Shown one piece after another: positions 9,475 to 21,954 of a stretch of 64,000 nt of DNA. The first letter of the stretch is position 1; each line of letters starts with the position of its first letter. This DNA is from Alphaproteobacteria bacterium. Its GTDB lineage: Bacteria; Pseudomonadota; Alphaproteobacteria; JAAXGF01. The notes under the pieces are model-generated. The model was not told the origin of the DNA and did not search any database. It was given only the letters and a program-made list of their open reading frames with translations. A program made the translations under genes and the position numbers. The stretch lies in the NCBI GenBank assembly GCA_046582565.1, contig JAYGED010000075.1, positions 4,876 to 68,875 on the forward strand. Direction: 5' to 3'.

Positions 9475-10005
9475 ATGGCCTACGAGCCAAGCAAAGACAA
9501 GTCAGTCGAGACATCACCGAGATACCAGCCAGATCGTGAGCGTCGAGCAACCCTGCGCGCCTTAAAAACCTGGACAACCGCCCAGCACGAAGATGAGATT
9601 CCCGATCTTGCCAGCTTGACGGGAAAGCCGAGCCTGGAGGAAGAACAGAAGGTCTTAACGGAAAACCAGTTTCTCATTTTATTCGAGCCCTATACGTCGA
9701 ATTCGGTAGTTATTTTCTACGGTAGCGAACTGCCGAACATGCTGGAGCAGCGCAATCTGGGAAATGACCTGCAACAGACCTTGCCCTCCTGCTTGAGAGA
9801 TTTGTTCCACGAGGCTTGCAGGGAAGCGGTCGAAAAGGGCGACGTCGTCTATCGCGACGGGAGTATCTACACGCCTTCCGGCGCCGACGTGCTTTACCGC
9901 AGCATCTTCATGCCGTTACGGTCGGATAACTTTTCCAACCGCATATACATCTTCGGTTCATTCAGCAATCAGGACGGCGGCACGGCGCTCCTCGCCGCCG
10001 CCTGA
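9475..10005 (+). CDS. Hypothetical protein (possibly PAS-like fold)
   Basis: The 176-aa ORF has lower GC than its surroundings and is preceded by a 234-bp AT-rich untranslated region. I recognise no named family with confidence. Confidence 0.4.
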   Translation: MAYEPSKDKSVETSPRYQPDRERRATLRALKTWTTAQHEDEIPDLASLTGKPSLEEEQKVLTENQFLILFEPYTSNSVVIFYGSELPNMLEQRNLGNDLQQTLPSCLRDLFHEACREAVEKGDVVYRDGSIYTPSGADVLYRSIFMPLRSDNFSNRIYIFGSFSNQDGGTALLAAA

Positions 10006-10102
10006 ATCGAGCGTCAAGCCGGGCCGGGAGAGGCACGTCTTGTAAAAGTAATTTGTAGACGCGTCTTGTTGACGCGGTGAAATCCAGCGTTAGGGTACGA
10101 CC

Positions 10103-10720
10103 ATGCCTGTCCGTAGACTGCTCATAATGGTGATTGTTGCCGCCCTGCTCGGCGTAACCGGGAGTGCTCGCGCCACGGTCAATGACGCCGCGCTTTTCAT
10201 CAACCAGCTCGGCAATCAGGCTATTACCGCCCTACGCGCGACCGACCTCACTCTCAGTCAGCGCGAGGCCAAATTCCGTAGCCTGTTATCGCAGGGTTTC
10301 GATCTCCGCTTCATCGGCCGGTTCGTGCTGGGGCGCTATTGGCGCCGCGCGACGCCCGAACAGCAAAATGACTATATCGCCCTGTACGGTGAATTTTTGT
10401 TACAGACTTATGCGTCGCGCCTGGGCGGCTATTCGGGCGAGACCATGACGGTTACCGGCGCGCGCCAGGCGAGCGAGAAGGAAATCGTTGTCAGCACCAC
10501 GCTTGATCGGCCGGGTGGCCTGGACATCAACGCCGACTGGCGGGTGCGGGTGATCGAGGGGCGATATCGCATCATCGATGTCGCGGTTGAAGGCATCAGC
10601 ATGGCGTTCACCCAGCGTTCGGATTTCGCCGCGGTGATAAAGCGCGACGGAATCGAGGGTTTACTGACCATTCTGCGCGCCCGCACCACCAAGATTTCAG
10701 CAACAGCATCGATTAACTGA
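10103..10720 (+). CDS. mlaC: MlaC/Ttg2D-family periplasmic phospholipid-binding protein
   Basis: The protein has a signal peptide and toluene-tolerance Ttg2D-like motifs such as ...FDLRFIGRFVLGRYWR... and ...Y.EFLLQTYASRL... . Confidence 0.72.
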   Translation: MPVRRLLIMVIVAALLGVTGSARATVNDAALFINQLGNQAITALRATDLTLSQREAKFRSLLSQGFDLRFIGRFVLGRYWRRATPEQQNDYIALYGEFLLQTYASRLGGYSGETMTVTGARQASEKEIVVSTTLDRPGGLDINADWRVRVIEGRYRIIDVAVEGISMAFTQRSDFAAVIKRDGIEGLLTILRARTTKISATASIN

Positions 10721-10733
10721 GCGGGAATACAAT

Positions 10734-11591
10734 ATGAGCCTATTTGGCAACCGCCGCCGCAAGGCGACAAAGAAAAGACAAACCAGATCCGGCGCAGCGC
10801 CCCTCCTCGGCCTGCTGGCCGTTATGGCGATCAGCCTTGCGGCATCGCCACTCAGAGCCGGTTTTGAAGAAGGCTGGGAAGCCTATCAGCGGGGCGACTT
10901 CATGACCGCGGTCAGCGAGTGGAAGCAGCTCGCCATGGCCGGCGACGCGCGCGCTCAATTCAATCTCGGCGTACTGTTCGATCAAGGCAAGGGTGTCCCC
11001 TTAAACCAAATCACCGCGGTGCATTGGTGGCGTAAGGCGGCGGAAGGGGGTTTTGCTTCCGCCCAGCATAACCTAGCCAACAGCCTGATCGCCGGCGACG
11101 GCGTTGCCCAGGACTACGGCGCCGCTATCGATTGGCTCAAACAGGCATCGAACCTGGGGCTCTCCCGCTCGAAATACACCCTGGGCAAGATGTACGCCTA
11201 CGGGCTGGGAGTCGAAGCCGATAAAACCCAATCCATGCGCTGGATTGTCGAGGCGGCCGAGGCGGGCAATCTCGCTGCTCAATACAACGCCGCCAAGATG
11301 TACCGTGACGGCGACGGAGTCGCTCAGAATTATACAGAGGCGGTTAAATGGTATCGCCTGGCCGCCAATGCCGGCTACAGCAAAGCGCAAGCCGGGTTGG
11401 CTAAGCGCTACGCCGCGGGCGAGGGCGTCGAGAAGGACTTGGTGCAGGCGCTCATGTGGACGACACTGGCCGCCAATCAGGGACTCGGGCGCGCCATCAC
11501 CACGCGCGAGGATTTGCTCACCACCATGAGCGTCGATGATATCGCCGCCGCCGACGGGCTGGTTAAAGATTGGACCGCTCCGGCGGACTGA
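10734..11591 (+). CDS. Sel1-repeat (TPR-like) protein, secreted
   Basis: A signal-peptide-like N terminus is followed by about six Sel1 repeats (A.AQ..LG..Y..G.GV..D...A..W..KAA..G). Confidence 0.82.
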   Translation: MSLFGNRRRKATKKRQTRSGAAPLLGLLAVMAISLAASPLRAGFEEGWEAYQRGDFMTAVSEWKQLAMAGDARAQFNLGVLFDQGKGVPLNQITAVHWWRKAAEGGFASAQHNLANSLIAGDGVAQDYGAAIDWLKQASNLGLSRSKYTLGKMYAYGLGVEADKTQSMRWIVEAAEAGNLAAQYNAAKMYRDGDGVAQNYTEAVKWYRLAANAGYSKAQAGLAKRYAAGEGVEKDLVQALMWTTLAANQGLGRAITTREDLLTTMSVDDIAAADGLVKDWTAPAD

Positions 11592-11635
11592 ACCCTGTTA
11601 TAACCGGGCGGCGTTAAAGAGGGGGAAGCCAGGCG

Positions 11636-12856
11636 ATGAGAATGCGCAAGAGACCGATGATCATCGGGGTGGTGCTGCTGTTCGTCTTTGCGCTCACCTC
11701 TGCCACGATTGGCGCCCGGGCGGCCGTGCCGCCGAGCATCGCTGCCGAGCTGCAACGGGTGGCGAGTGAAATTCAGTTTCTGTTCCAGAACGAGATCGCC
11801 CTGGCCAACGGCATGACCGACCCGGCCATGGCCGACATTCTGGTGCGCCGCGCCAGCGACCGCGCCGGCGACGCCATCAGCGCCGCCGTGGTCGGTGCGG
11901 TGGCGCGCTCACCTGCCGATCACAGCGATATCGTCGCCCTGGCCGGCGCCGTTGCACCGATGTTCCGTGACCGCATCGCTGCCGGCATCGCCCGCGCCTT
12001 TCCCGGCTTCGCAACCGGCTATCAGCCCGTCGTCATTTCTTATCCGACGACGATTTATGACCCGACCACAAGTTACGGTCTGGCGACGACCTATACCCCA
12101 CCGGCGACGCAGACAGCGTTCAACTATGCACCACCACCGCCCGCGCCCGCTTCCCTAAGCGGCGATCCCATGGATGTCTATTTCGACGACGGCGCCATGG
12201 ACGAAATCTACGATCCTCTGGAATCATTCAACCGCTTCATTCTCTGGTTCAACGATCAGATCGACAGCTTCATCTTCAAGCCCATCGCCATGGTCTATGG
12301 CTTTGTGACGCCGGATGTCGCCAAGCGGGCCATCGCCCGGGGCTTCGACAATCTCGGCGCCCCGGCGCGCTTCGCCAACGATCTCCTGCAGGGCGAATTC
12401 AGAGACGCCGGCACTACCGGCGCCCGCTTTCTAATCAACTCGTCCGTCGGTATCGCCGGCCTGATCGATGTCGCCGAAAATTTCGGCCATGAAGCCCACA
12501 CAGCGGATTTCGGCCAGACCCTGTATGTCTACGGAGTCGGCCCCGGCCCCTATCTGGTGATCCCGCTCCTCGGGCCGACGACCCTACGCGACGGCTTCGG
12601 CCAGATCGTCGATACCGCATTCGTTCCGTTCAATTACATGTTTAGTGAGATACCGGTGAATCTAGCGCTCGCTGGTGCTGAGGGCATCGTGGTGCGCGAA
12701 TCCTTCATCGAACCGCTCGACGACCTCAGGGCCAATTCCATCGACTTTTACTCCGCCCTGCGCGGCGCTTTTTTCCAGGACCGCACCGCCGATTTGCAGC
12801 GCGGCGCCGCGGCGGAATCGGCCATGTTCGACGACGCTTTCGCCGCGTTTGAATAG
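11636..12856 (+). CDS. mlaA: MlaA/VacJ-family outer-membrane lipoprotein with an N-terminal extension of about 190 aa
   Basis: The C-terminal 210 aa match the VacJ/MlaA core (DPLESFNR..F.FND..D......P.A..Y......RGFDNL..P..F.NDLLQG). The N-terminal 190 aa are Ala/Pro-rich and resemble no family I know. Confidence 0.78.
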   Translation: MRMRKRPMIIGVVLLFVFALTSATIGARAAVPPSIAAELQRVASEIQFLFQNEIALANGMTDPAMADILVRRASDRAGDAISAAVVGAVARSPADHSDIVALAGAVAPMFRDRIAAGIARAFPGFATGYQPVVISYPTTIYDPTTSYGLATTYTPPATQTAFNYAPPPPAPASLSGDPMDVYFDDGAMDEIYDPLESFNRFILWFNDQIDSFIFKPIAMVYGFVTPDVAKRAIARGFDNLGAPARFANDLLQGEFRDAGTTGARFLINSSVGIAGLIDVAENFGHEAHTADFGQTLYVYGVGPGPYLVIPLLGPTTLRDGFGQIVDTAFVPFNYMFSEIPVNLALAGAEGIVVRESFIEPLDDLRANSIDFYSALRGAFFQDRTADLQRGAAAESAMFDDAFAAFE

Positions 12857-12964
12857 GGCGACGACACCCTCCCATTAAGAATTAGCTTGCCTTGAGGGCC
12901 TCGGGTTTGTTCATTAGCGCGAACAGATAACATTTATCGCTACAGCGTCGCCTGGAGGGCAGCC

Positions 12965-14464
<1,500 letters not shown>

Positions 14465-14472
14465 AGCAGGCT

Positions 14473-15594
14473 TTGAGCGAAACCCCGCTAGCCGCCTATC
14501 GGGCGCTGGTTCGCGAGGGGACCATCGAGCGCGACCCGGCCCAGGAACTGGCCGCCGAAAAACTCAACCTGCTGCACCGCAGGCTCAAGGTCTACAAGCC
14601 GCTCGATCCTGGCGAGGGCGGCTTGTTTTCGCGCCTTGGCTTCGGCCGTACCGCGCCTGAGCCGAGCAAAGCCCCCCAGGGACTTTATCTGGTCGGCGGG
14701 GTGGGGCGCGGCAAGTCGATGATCATAGATCTGTTCTTCGACTTAGCCCCGGTGACGCGCAAACGACGGCTTCATTTCCACGCCTTCATGATCGAGATCC
14801 ATGACCGCATCAACGCCGCGCGCAATGCAGGCGGCGCCGACCCCATACCGGCTGTCGCGCATGGCTTCGCGGAAGATACCTGGCTGCTCTGTTTCGACGA
14901 GTTTCAGGTCAATGACCCGGTCGACGCGCTGATCCTCGACCGGCTGTTCAACGCCCTGTTCGAGCGCGGCGTGGTGATGGTGGCGACCTCGAATGTGGCG
15001 CCGCGCGATCTTTATGCCGGCGGCCTGAACCGCGATCGCTTCCTGCCCTTCCTCGATCTCATCGCCGAGCGCCTCGATGTCATGGAACTCGATGCCGGCA
15101 TCGATTACCGGCGCGGCCGGATGGAAAGCATGGCGGTCTATTTCACGCCGCTCGGCGCGGCGTCGGCGGCGGCCCTGGATGCTGCCTATCTCAAACTCAC
15201 AAACAATGATCCCGGCGAGCCCGGCGAAATCGTCCTGCGCGGCCGCACTGTGGCGGTGCCCACGGCGGTGGGCGGCGTCGCCCGCTTCAGCTTCGCCGAG
15301 CTCTGCGAAACCCCGCTGGGGGCGGCCGACTACATCGCCATCGCCGAGCTTTATCATACCCTGGTGCTGGCGGACGTGCCGCGCCTGACGCCGGAAAAGC
15401 GCAACGAGGCGACCCGCTTCGTCACCCTGATCGACGCGCTCTATGAGCATAAGGTGAAACTGGTCTGCACCGCCGACATGGGTCCTGAAGATCTCTACCC
15501 GGAAGGCGACGGCAGCTTCGCCTTCGCCCGCACGGTTTCGCGCCTGCACGAGATGCAATCAGACGACTATATGGCGGCGCCGCATTTAACCTAG
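14473..15594 (+). CDS. zapE: AFG1-family ATPase / cell division protein ZapE
   Basis: The P-loop GGVGRGKSM is present and the architecture is AFG1-like. The gene starts with TTG. Confidence 0.82.
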   Translation: MSETPLAAYRALVREGTIERDPAQELAAEKLNLLHRRLKVYKPLDPGEGGLFSRLGFGRTAPEPSKAPQGLYLVGGVGRGKSMIIDLFFDLAPVTRKRRLHFHAFMIEIHDRINAARNAGGADPIPAVAHGFAEDTWLLCFDEFQVNDPVDALILDRLFNALFERGVVMVATSNVAPRDLYAGGLNRDRFLPFLDLIAERLDVMELDAGIDYRRGRMESMAVYFTPLGAASAAALDAAYLKLTNNDPGEPGEIVLRGRTVAVPTAVGGVARFSFAELCETPLGAADYIAIAELYHTLVLADVPRLTPEKRNEATRFVTLIDALYEHKVKLVCTADMGPEDLYPEGDGSFAFARTVSRLHEMQSDDYMAAPHLT

Positions 15595-16307
15595 GGCCTC
15601 GCGGAATATGCCTCGCGGAATATGACTGTGAGGATTTTGCTGCCCGCCCGGAAGACGCCGGAGACGGTTCCGGAAATCTTCGAGCGGCCGGCCAGACGCT
15701 CTCGGTAGGAGACCGGCACCTCGATGATGGCCAGCTTCCGTTTGACGGCCCTGATCTGCATTTCCACGGTCCAGCCGAAATCCGGGTCTTCCATGGCGAG
15801 ACCCATGAGGGCGGCGCGGCGGATGGCGCGAAAGGGCCCGAGATCATGGTATCGGTACGCCCAGAACAGGCGGATCAGCAGGCAGGCCAGCCGATTGCCG
15901 TAGAACTGGGCGGCGCTTAAGGCGGCACGGCCCTCTGCCGTCGATGTGCGGTCACTGATGGCGATGTCCGCCTGGCCGGCGATGATTGGATCGACCAGAC
16001 GATCCATATGGGAAGAGTCATCGCTGAAATCCGCATCCAGGAAGACCAGGATATCGGCATCCTGCGCCGTCTCTATGCCGCGAAGGCAGGCGGCGCCATA
16101 GCCGCGTCGGGATTCCTTGATCACCCGGGCGCCATGCTGCAAGGCGACAGCGGCTGTGTTGTCCGAACAGCCGTTATCAACCAGGATGCGCTCATCGACC
16201 CAAGCCGGTATGGCATCGAGAACGGCGCCGACGGAAGCCTCTTCATCGAGCGCCGGGATGATCACCGCAATATGCTGTCCGTCCCTCATACCCGGCGCCC
16301 CCGCCAA
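15591..16307 (-). CDS. Family-2 glycosyltransferase (polyprenyl-phosphate sugar synthase-like, DPM1/ArnC-like)
   Basis: The protein has the GT-A fold, a DAD motif (FLDADFSDD), and DNGCSD. Confidence 0.78.
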   Translation of the reverse strand: MAGAPGMRDGQHIAVIIPALDEEASVGAVLDAIPAWVDERILVDNGCSDNTAAVALQHGARVIKESRRGYGAACLRGIETAQDADILVFLDADFSDDSSHMDRLVDPIIAGQADIAISDRTSTAEGRAALSAAQFYGNRLACLLIRLFWAYRYHDLGPFRAIRRAALMGLAMEDPDFGWTVEMQIRAVKRKLAIIEVPVSYRERLAGRSKISGTVSGVFRAGSKILTVIFREAYSARP

Positions 16308-17653
16308 GCCAAAAAGAGCAGGAGAAAAATGGGGCCCTGTTCGAGCCAGACGACATAATCGGTAAAGGCCTGGGAATGATCCTGAATCCAGGGATGAAAC
16401 TGTAAGTAATACAACGGTAATACAACGCTAAACGCCAGTAGCCCAGTGATTGGGACCAATGCCAGGAACGGGACAAGCCCGGTGTAATACCAGGGATATA
16501 GGGTTGGGCCGAGCAACAGGAGCGTGGCAATCACAATGATAATGCGCCGAACCGTCATCTCCGGGCCGGTGGCGGCGCGCCGGTTGATGCCGAGGGCAAC
16601 CATGACCACCACCACAGCCACCACAAAGCGCAAGATCCGGCCCGCATCCAGATCAAACAAGCCATAGCCATCGAGAGCCGACCGCAGCCCGCCCAGAAGC
16701 ACATGAAACAGGGCCGCATTGCGTTCCCAGGAAACCCCATAAGCGCGGAAACCGGCGTCCAGTTGAAAAGCCTGGCTGATGAAAGGCCAGAGCAGAGCCG
16801 CCGTGACCACAGCGAAGACAACGGCGGCCCGCAACGACCGGGTCAGGGTCGGCAGCAACAACAGCGGCCACAGCTTAATGGCGGTGGCGACGGCCAAACA
16901 GACGGCCGCCATGCAGCCGCGCGCCCTGATGGCAAGCAGGGTCGCGCCGAGCAGGGCCGGCAGCAGGATGGCGTCCATATGCGCGGCATTGCTGAACTCG
17001 GTGATCACCACCGGATTCCACCAGTAGAGAATGATCCAAACAGCGGGCCGCTCAAGCTGGATCAGAAGGCCGTAGAGCAACGCAAGCGTCGCAAACTCAA
17101 AAGCCAGAATGACCAGCCGCCAGACCAGCAAGTCCCAAGGCTTGATCCAGCTGGTCACGGCAAAGACAAATTCGGCAGCCGGCGGATAGATGGTCGTCAA
17201 CCGGGGGTAATTGATCCGGCCGATCATGCCGGATGATTCTTGTGCGAGCTGCGACAGCGCCTCGGGTCCGGCGCCTGAGACGATCCGGTCGGGCGACCAT
17301 TCGTAGGGTGATAAACCACTCATAATGACGGCGCCATCCCACAGATAGCGGTAGTAGTCGATCTTCAGTATGGGCTCCGGGACCATCATCACCAGGCGCA
17401 GGGCAAGGCCAATGCCGAACACCCAATAGAGGCCGGTGGGCAGCCCATCGAGATAGGGCAGTGTCGCGGGAAGCAGCATATAGGCGCCGCCGGCGACAAT
17501 GCCCGCGGCAACAATCCAGCTGACCGGCTGTATGCCGATGAACGGCTGATCAAACGGCTGCAGGGCGATGAAACCCTTGCTCAGCATGGCAAGAACCAAG
17601 GCGGTAGCCGCCCAGGCCAGTCTGGGACAATCACGCCAGAGGTTAGGCTCCAC
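16286..17653 (-). CDS. Integral-membrane GT-C-fold glycosyltransferase (DUF2029/GT87-like)
   Basis: The protein has about 12 transmembrane helices in a polyprenyl-phosphate-sugar-dependent transferase-like topology. It appears to be translationally coupled to the GT2 gene downstream. Confidence 0.5.
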   Translation of the reverse strand: MEPNLWRDCPRLAWAATALVLAMLSKGFIALQPFDQPFIGIQPVSWIVAAGIVAGGAYMLLPATLPYLDGLPTGLYWVFGIGLALRLVMMVPEPILKIDYYRYLWDGAVIMSGLSPYEWSPDRIVSGAGPEALSQLAQESSGMIGRINYPRLTTIYPPAAEFVFAVTSWIKPWDLLVWRLVILAFEFATLALLYGLLIQLERPAVWIILYWWNPVVITEFSNAAHMDAILLPALLGATLLAIRARGCMAAVCLAVATAIKLWPLLLLPTLTRSLRAAVVFAVVTAALLWPFISQAFQLDAGFRAYGVSWERNAALFHVLLGGLRSALDGYGLFDLDAGRILRFVVAVVVVMVALGINRRAATGPEMTVRRIIIVIATLLLLGPTLYPWYYTGLVPFLALVPITGLLAFSVVLPLYYLQFHPWIQDHSQAFTDYVVWLEQGPIFLLLFLAWRGRRV

Positions 17654-17656
17654 TCA

Positions 17657-18664
17657 CTAGCTGCCCCGTTTGGTCAGGCGATCCGAAATGGACGGCGACA
17701 CATCATAGAGCGCCCAATCATATTTATAACCGCTGATGGTCGTGGTGGCGCTCAAGGTCGCCGCCAGGGACGGGTCCGCATAGGCCGCCAGGTGGCGCAG
17801 CAGGGCCTCGGCTGAGCCGCCGAAATCTTCCGCATACCATTCGTATAGAGACGACAGGATCAACGCGCCCGATTTCACCCGAACCGCGCGCGGATGGTTG
17901 ATGTAGGCCCGGGCCGAATAGTCGAGATACTCTTCGAGCTTGCCGGCGTCAAAGGCGCCGGTGCCGATGTTGGGGCAGCCCAGGGCGGCGCAACTGACCG
18001 CATAATGGATGCGCGGATCGCGCCAGATGGGGCGCAGGATGCGATGCTCGATGTCATCGAGAGAAAGCGCTTGGCCCTCGACCTCAACCAGCGCCTTGCC
18101 CCAAGGCCCATCCGAAAACAGGCCGGGGGATATGTCTATGCTGCGGATCGATAGAACCGGATAGGCTTCCAGTACCACCCGCACCGTCAGCGCGTTATAG
18201 AGATTGAACCAATAAGCCATCTGCTCATCCCGGTTCAATTTGGTAACGGCTACGGCGGCCAATGAGTCCACATATTTATCGAGCGCCGAGCGGTCGTAGA
18301 ACAAGACATTATCGTAAGCCAACCGGTTGATGCTGTCATCGCCGGGAAAGACATGCTTGACTAGAAATTGCTCCCACGCACTGTGATCCACGGTTTCGGT
18401 CGAGGCCGGATCATGAGCCTCCCAATAGGCCCATAGCTCTGAGTCCGGCGCGGCCTGCACCGGCGCCGGCATGATCAGCAGAGCCAGCGCCAAAGTGACG
18501 CCGGCCACGCGGGATAATGTTCTTTGTCGTTGTGGGTTCAAACCCGACCCTCGGTATGAGTTGCCCCCGTACAGTATCCAATCCCAGGGCAAAGAGAAAT
18601 CTATGCGCCCTTCATTTCGCTTCACATGTTTGTCAACAGGGCCAGGCCCTCGCCCTTGCGACAA
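17657..18664 (-). CDS. DUF547-domain protein, secreted or periplasmic
   Basis: The DUF547 core (...YWFNLYNALTV..., then a C...C pair in AVSCAALGCPNI) is present along with a signal peptide. The exact start is uncertain. Confidence 0.6.
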   Translation of the reverse strand: MSQGRGPGPVDKHVKRNEGRIDFSLPWDWILYGGNSYRGSGLNPQRQRTLSRVAGVTLALALLIMPAPVQAAPDSELWAYWEAHDPASTETVDHSAWEQFLVKHVFPGDDSINRLAYDNVLFYDRSALDKYVDSLAAVAVTKLNRDEQMAYWFNLYNALTVRVVLEAYPVLSIRSIDISPGLFSDGPWGKALVEVEGQALSLDDIEHRILRPIWRDPRIHYAVSCAALGCPNIGTGAFDAGKLEEYLDYSARAYINHPRAVRVKSGALILSSLYEWYAEDFGGSAEALLRHLAAYADPSLAATLSATTTISGYKYDWALYDVSPSISDRLTKRGS

Positions 18665-18685
18665 GCCCTAAATGGGAGTAGTTAG

Positions 18686-19660
<975 letters not shown>

Positions 19661-19833
19661 GCCAGCGTTAATCATGAATTAACTGATTCATGGTTCAAAT
19701 AACCGTGTAATTTCTGACGTCTAACCGGTTGCTTGGCGGGATCGACTGAACTATTAAATATAATTGATTCCAGCTTCCCATACGGACGCGCCCTTTAGGA
19801 ACACATCGGCTAAAGTTCGATGATTATCGCTCG

Positions 19834-21023
<1,190 letters not shown>

Positions 21024-21024
<1 letters not shown>

Positions 21025-21899
21025 TGGCGGTTCTCGTGGATGCGGATACCAAGGTCATTTGCCAAGGCTTCACCGGCGCACAGGGCAGCTTCCATTCCGA
21101 GCAGGCGATCGCCTACGGCACCAATATGGTGGGCGGCGTCACCCCGGGCAAAGGCGGCACGGCCCTTCTCGATCTGCCGGTCTTTAATACGGTCGCCGAT
21201 GCGGTCCACGCCACCGGCGCCGAGGCCACGGTAATCTATGTGCCGCCGCCCTTCGCCGCCGACGCCATCCTCGAAGCCATCGACGCGGAGCTGGCTCTGG
21301 CGGTCTGCATCACCGAAGGAATCCCGGTGCTCGACATGGTGCGCGTCAAACGCGCCCTGGAGGGTTCCAAGACCCGCCTGATCGGCCCCAATTGTCCGGG
21401 GATAATCACGCCCGAAGCCTGCAAGATCGGCATCATGCCCGGCCATATCCATGTTCGCGGCAAGATCGGCATCGTCTCGCGGTCGGGCACCCTGACCTAT
21501 GAGGGCGTGGCCCAGACCACAGCCGCGGGCCTCGGCCAATCGACCTGTATCGGCATCGGCGGCGATCCTATCAACGGCACGAACTTTGTCGATTGCCTTG
21601 AGCTGTTCCTGGCCGACGACGAGACCGAAGGCATCATCATGATCGGTGAGATCGGCGGCAGCGCCGAAGAAGAGGCCGCTGCCTTTATCGCGGCGAACAA
21701 ACGCAAGAAACCCGTGGTCGGCTTCATTGCCGGCCGCACCGCACCGCCCGGCCGCCGCATGGGCCATGCCGGCGCAATCATCGCCGGCGGCAAGGGGGGC
21801 GCTGGCGACAAAATCGAAGCCATGAAGAGCGCCGGCATCGCCGTCTCCGATTCACCGGCGAGCCTTGGCAGCACCATGCTCAAGATGATGAAAGGCTAG
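21024..21899 (+). CDS. sucD: Succinyl-CoA ligase, alpha subunit
   Basis: The sequence begins [14 protein letters not shown]... and includes the catalytic His region. It overlaps sucC by ATGG-type coupling. Confidence 0.95.
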
Positions 21900-21954
21900 C
21901 GCGTGGCTCACCAGTTCCACGCCCAACACGCTTGAAAGGCACAGCATACAACCT

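Noticed and set aside
19661-19833. AT-rich 173-bp mdh-sucC spacer with a short hairpin (catgaat-taactg-attcatg)
   Set aside because: This is probably just the mdh terminator and sucC promoter region of a conserved cluster, with nothing unusual beyond that.
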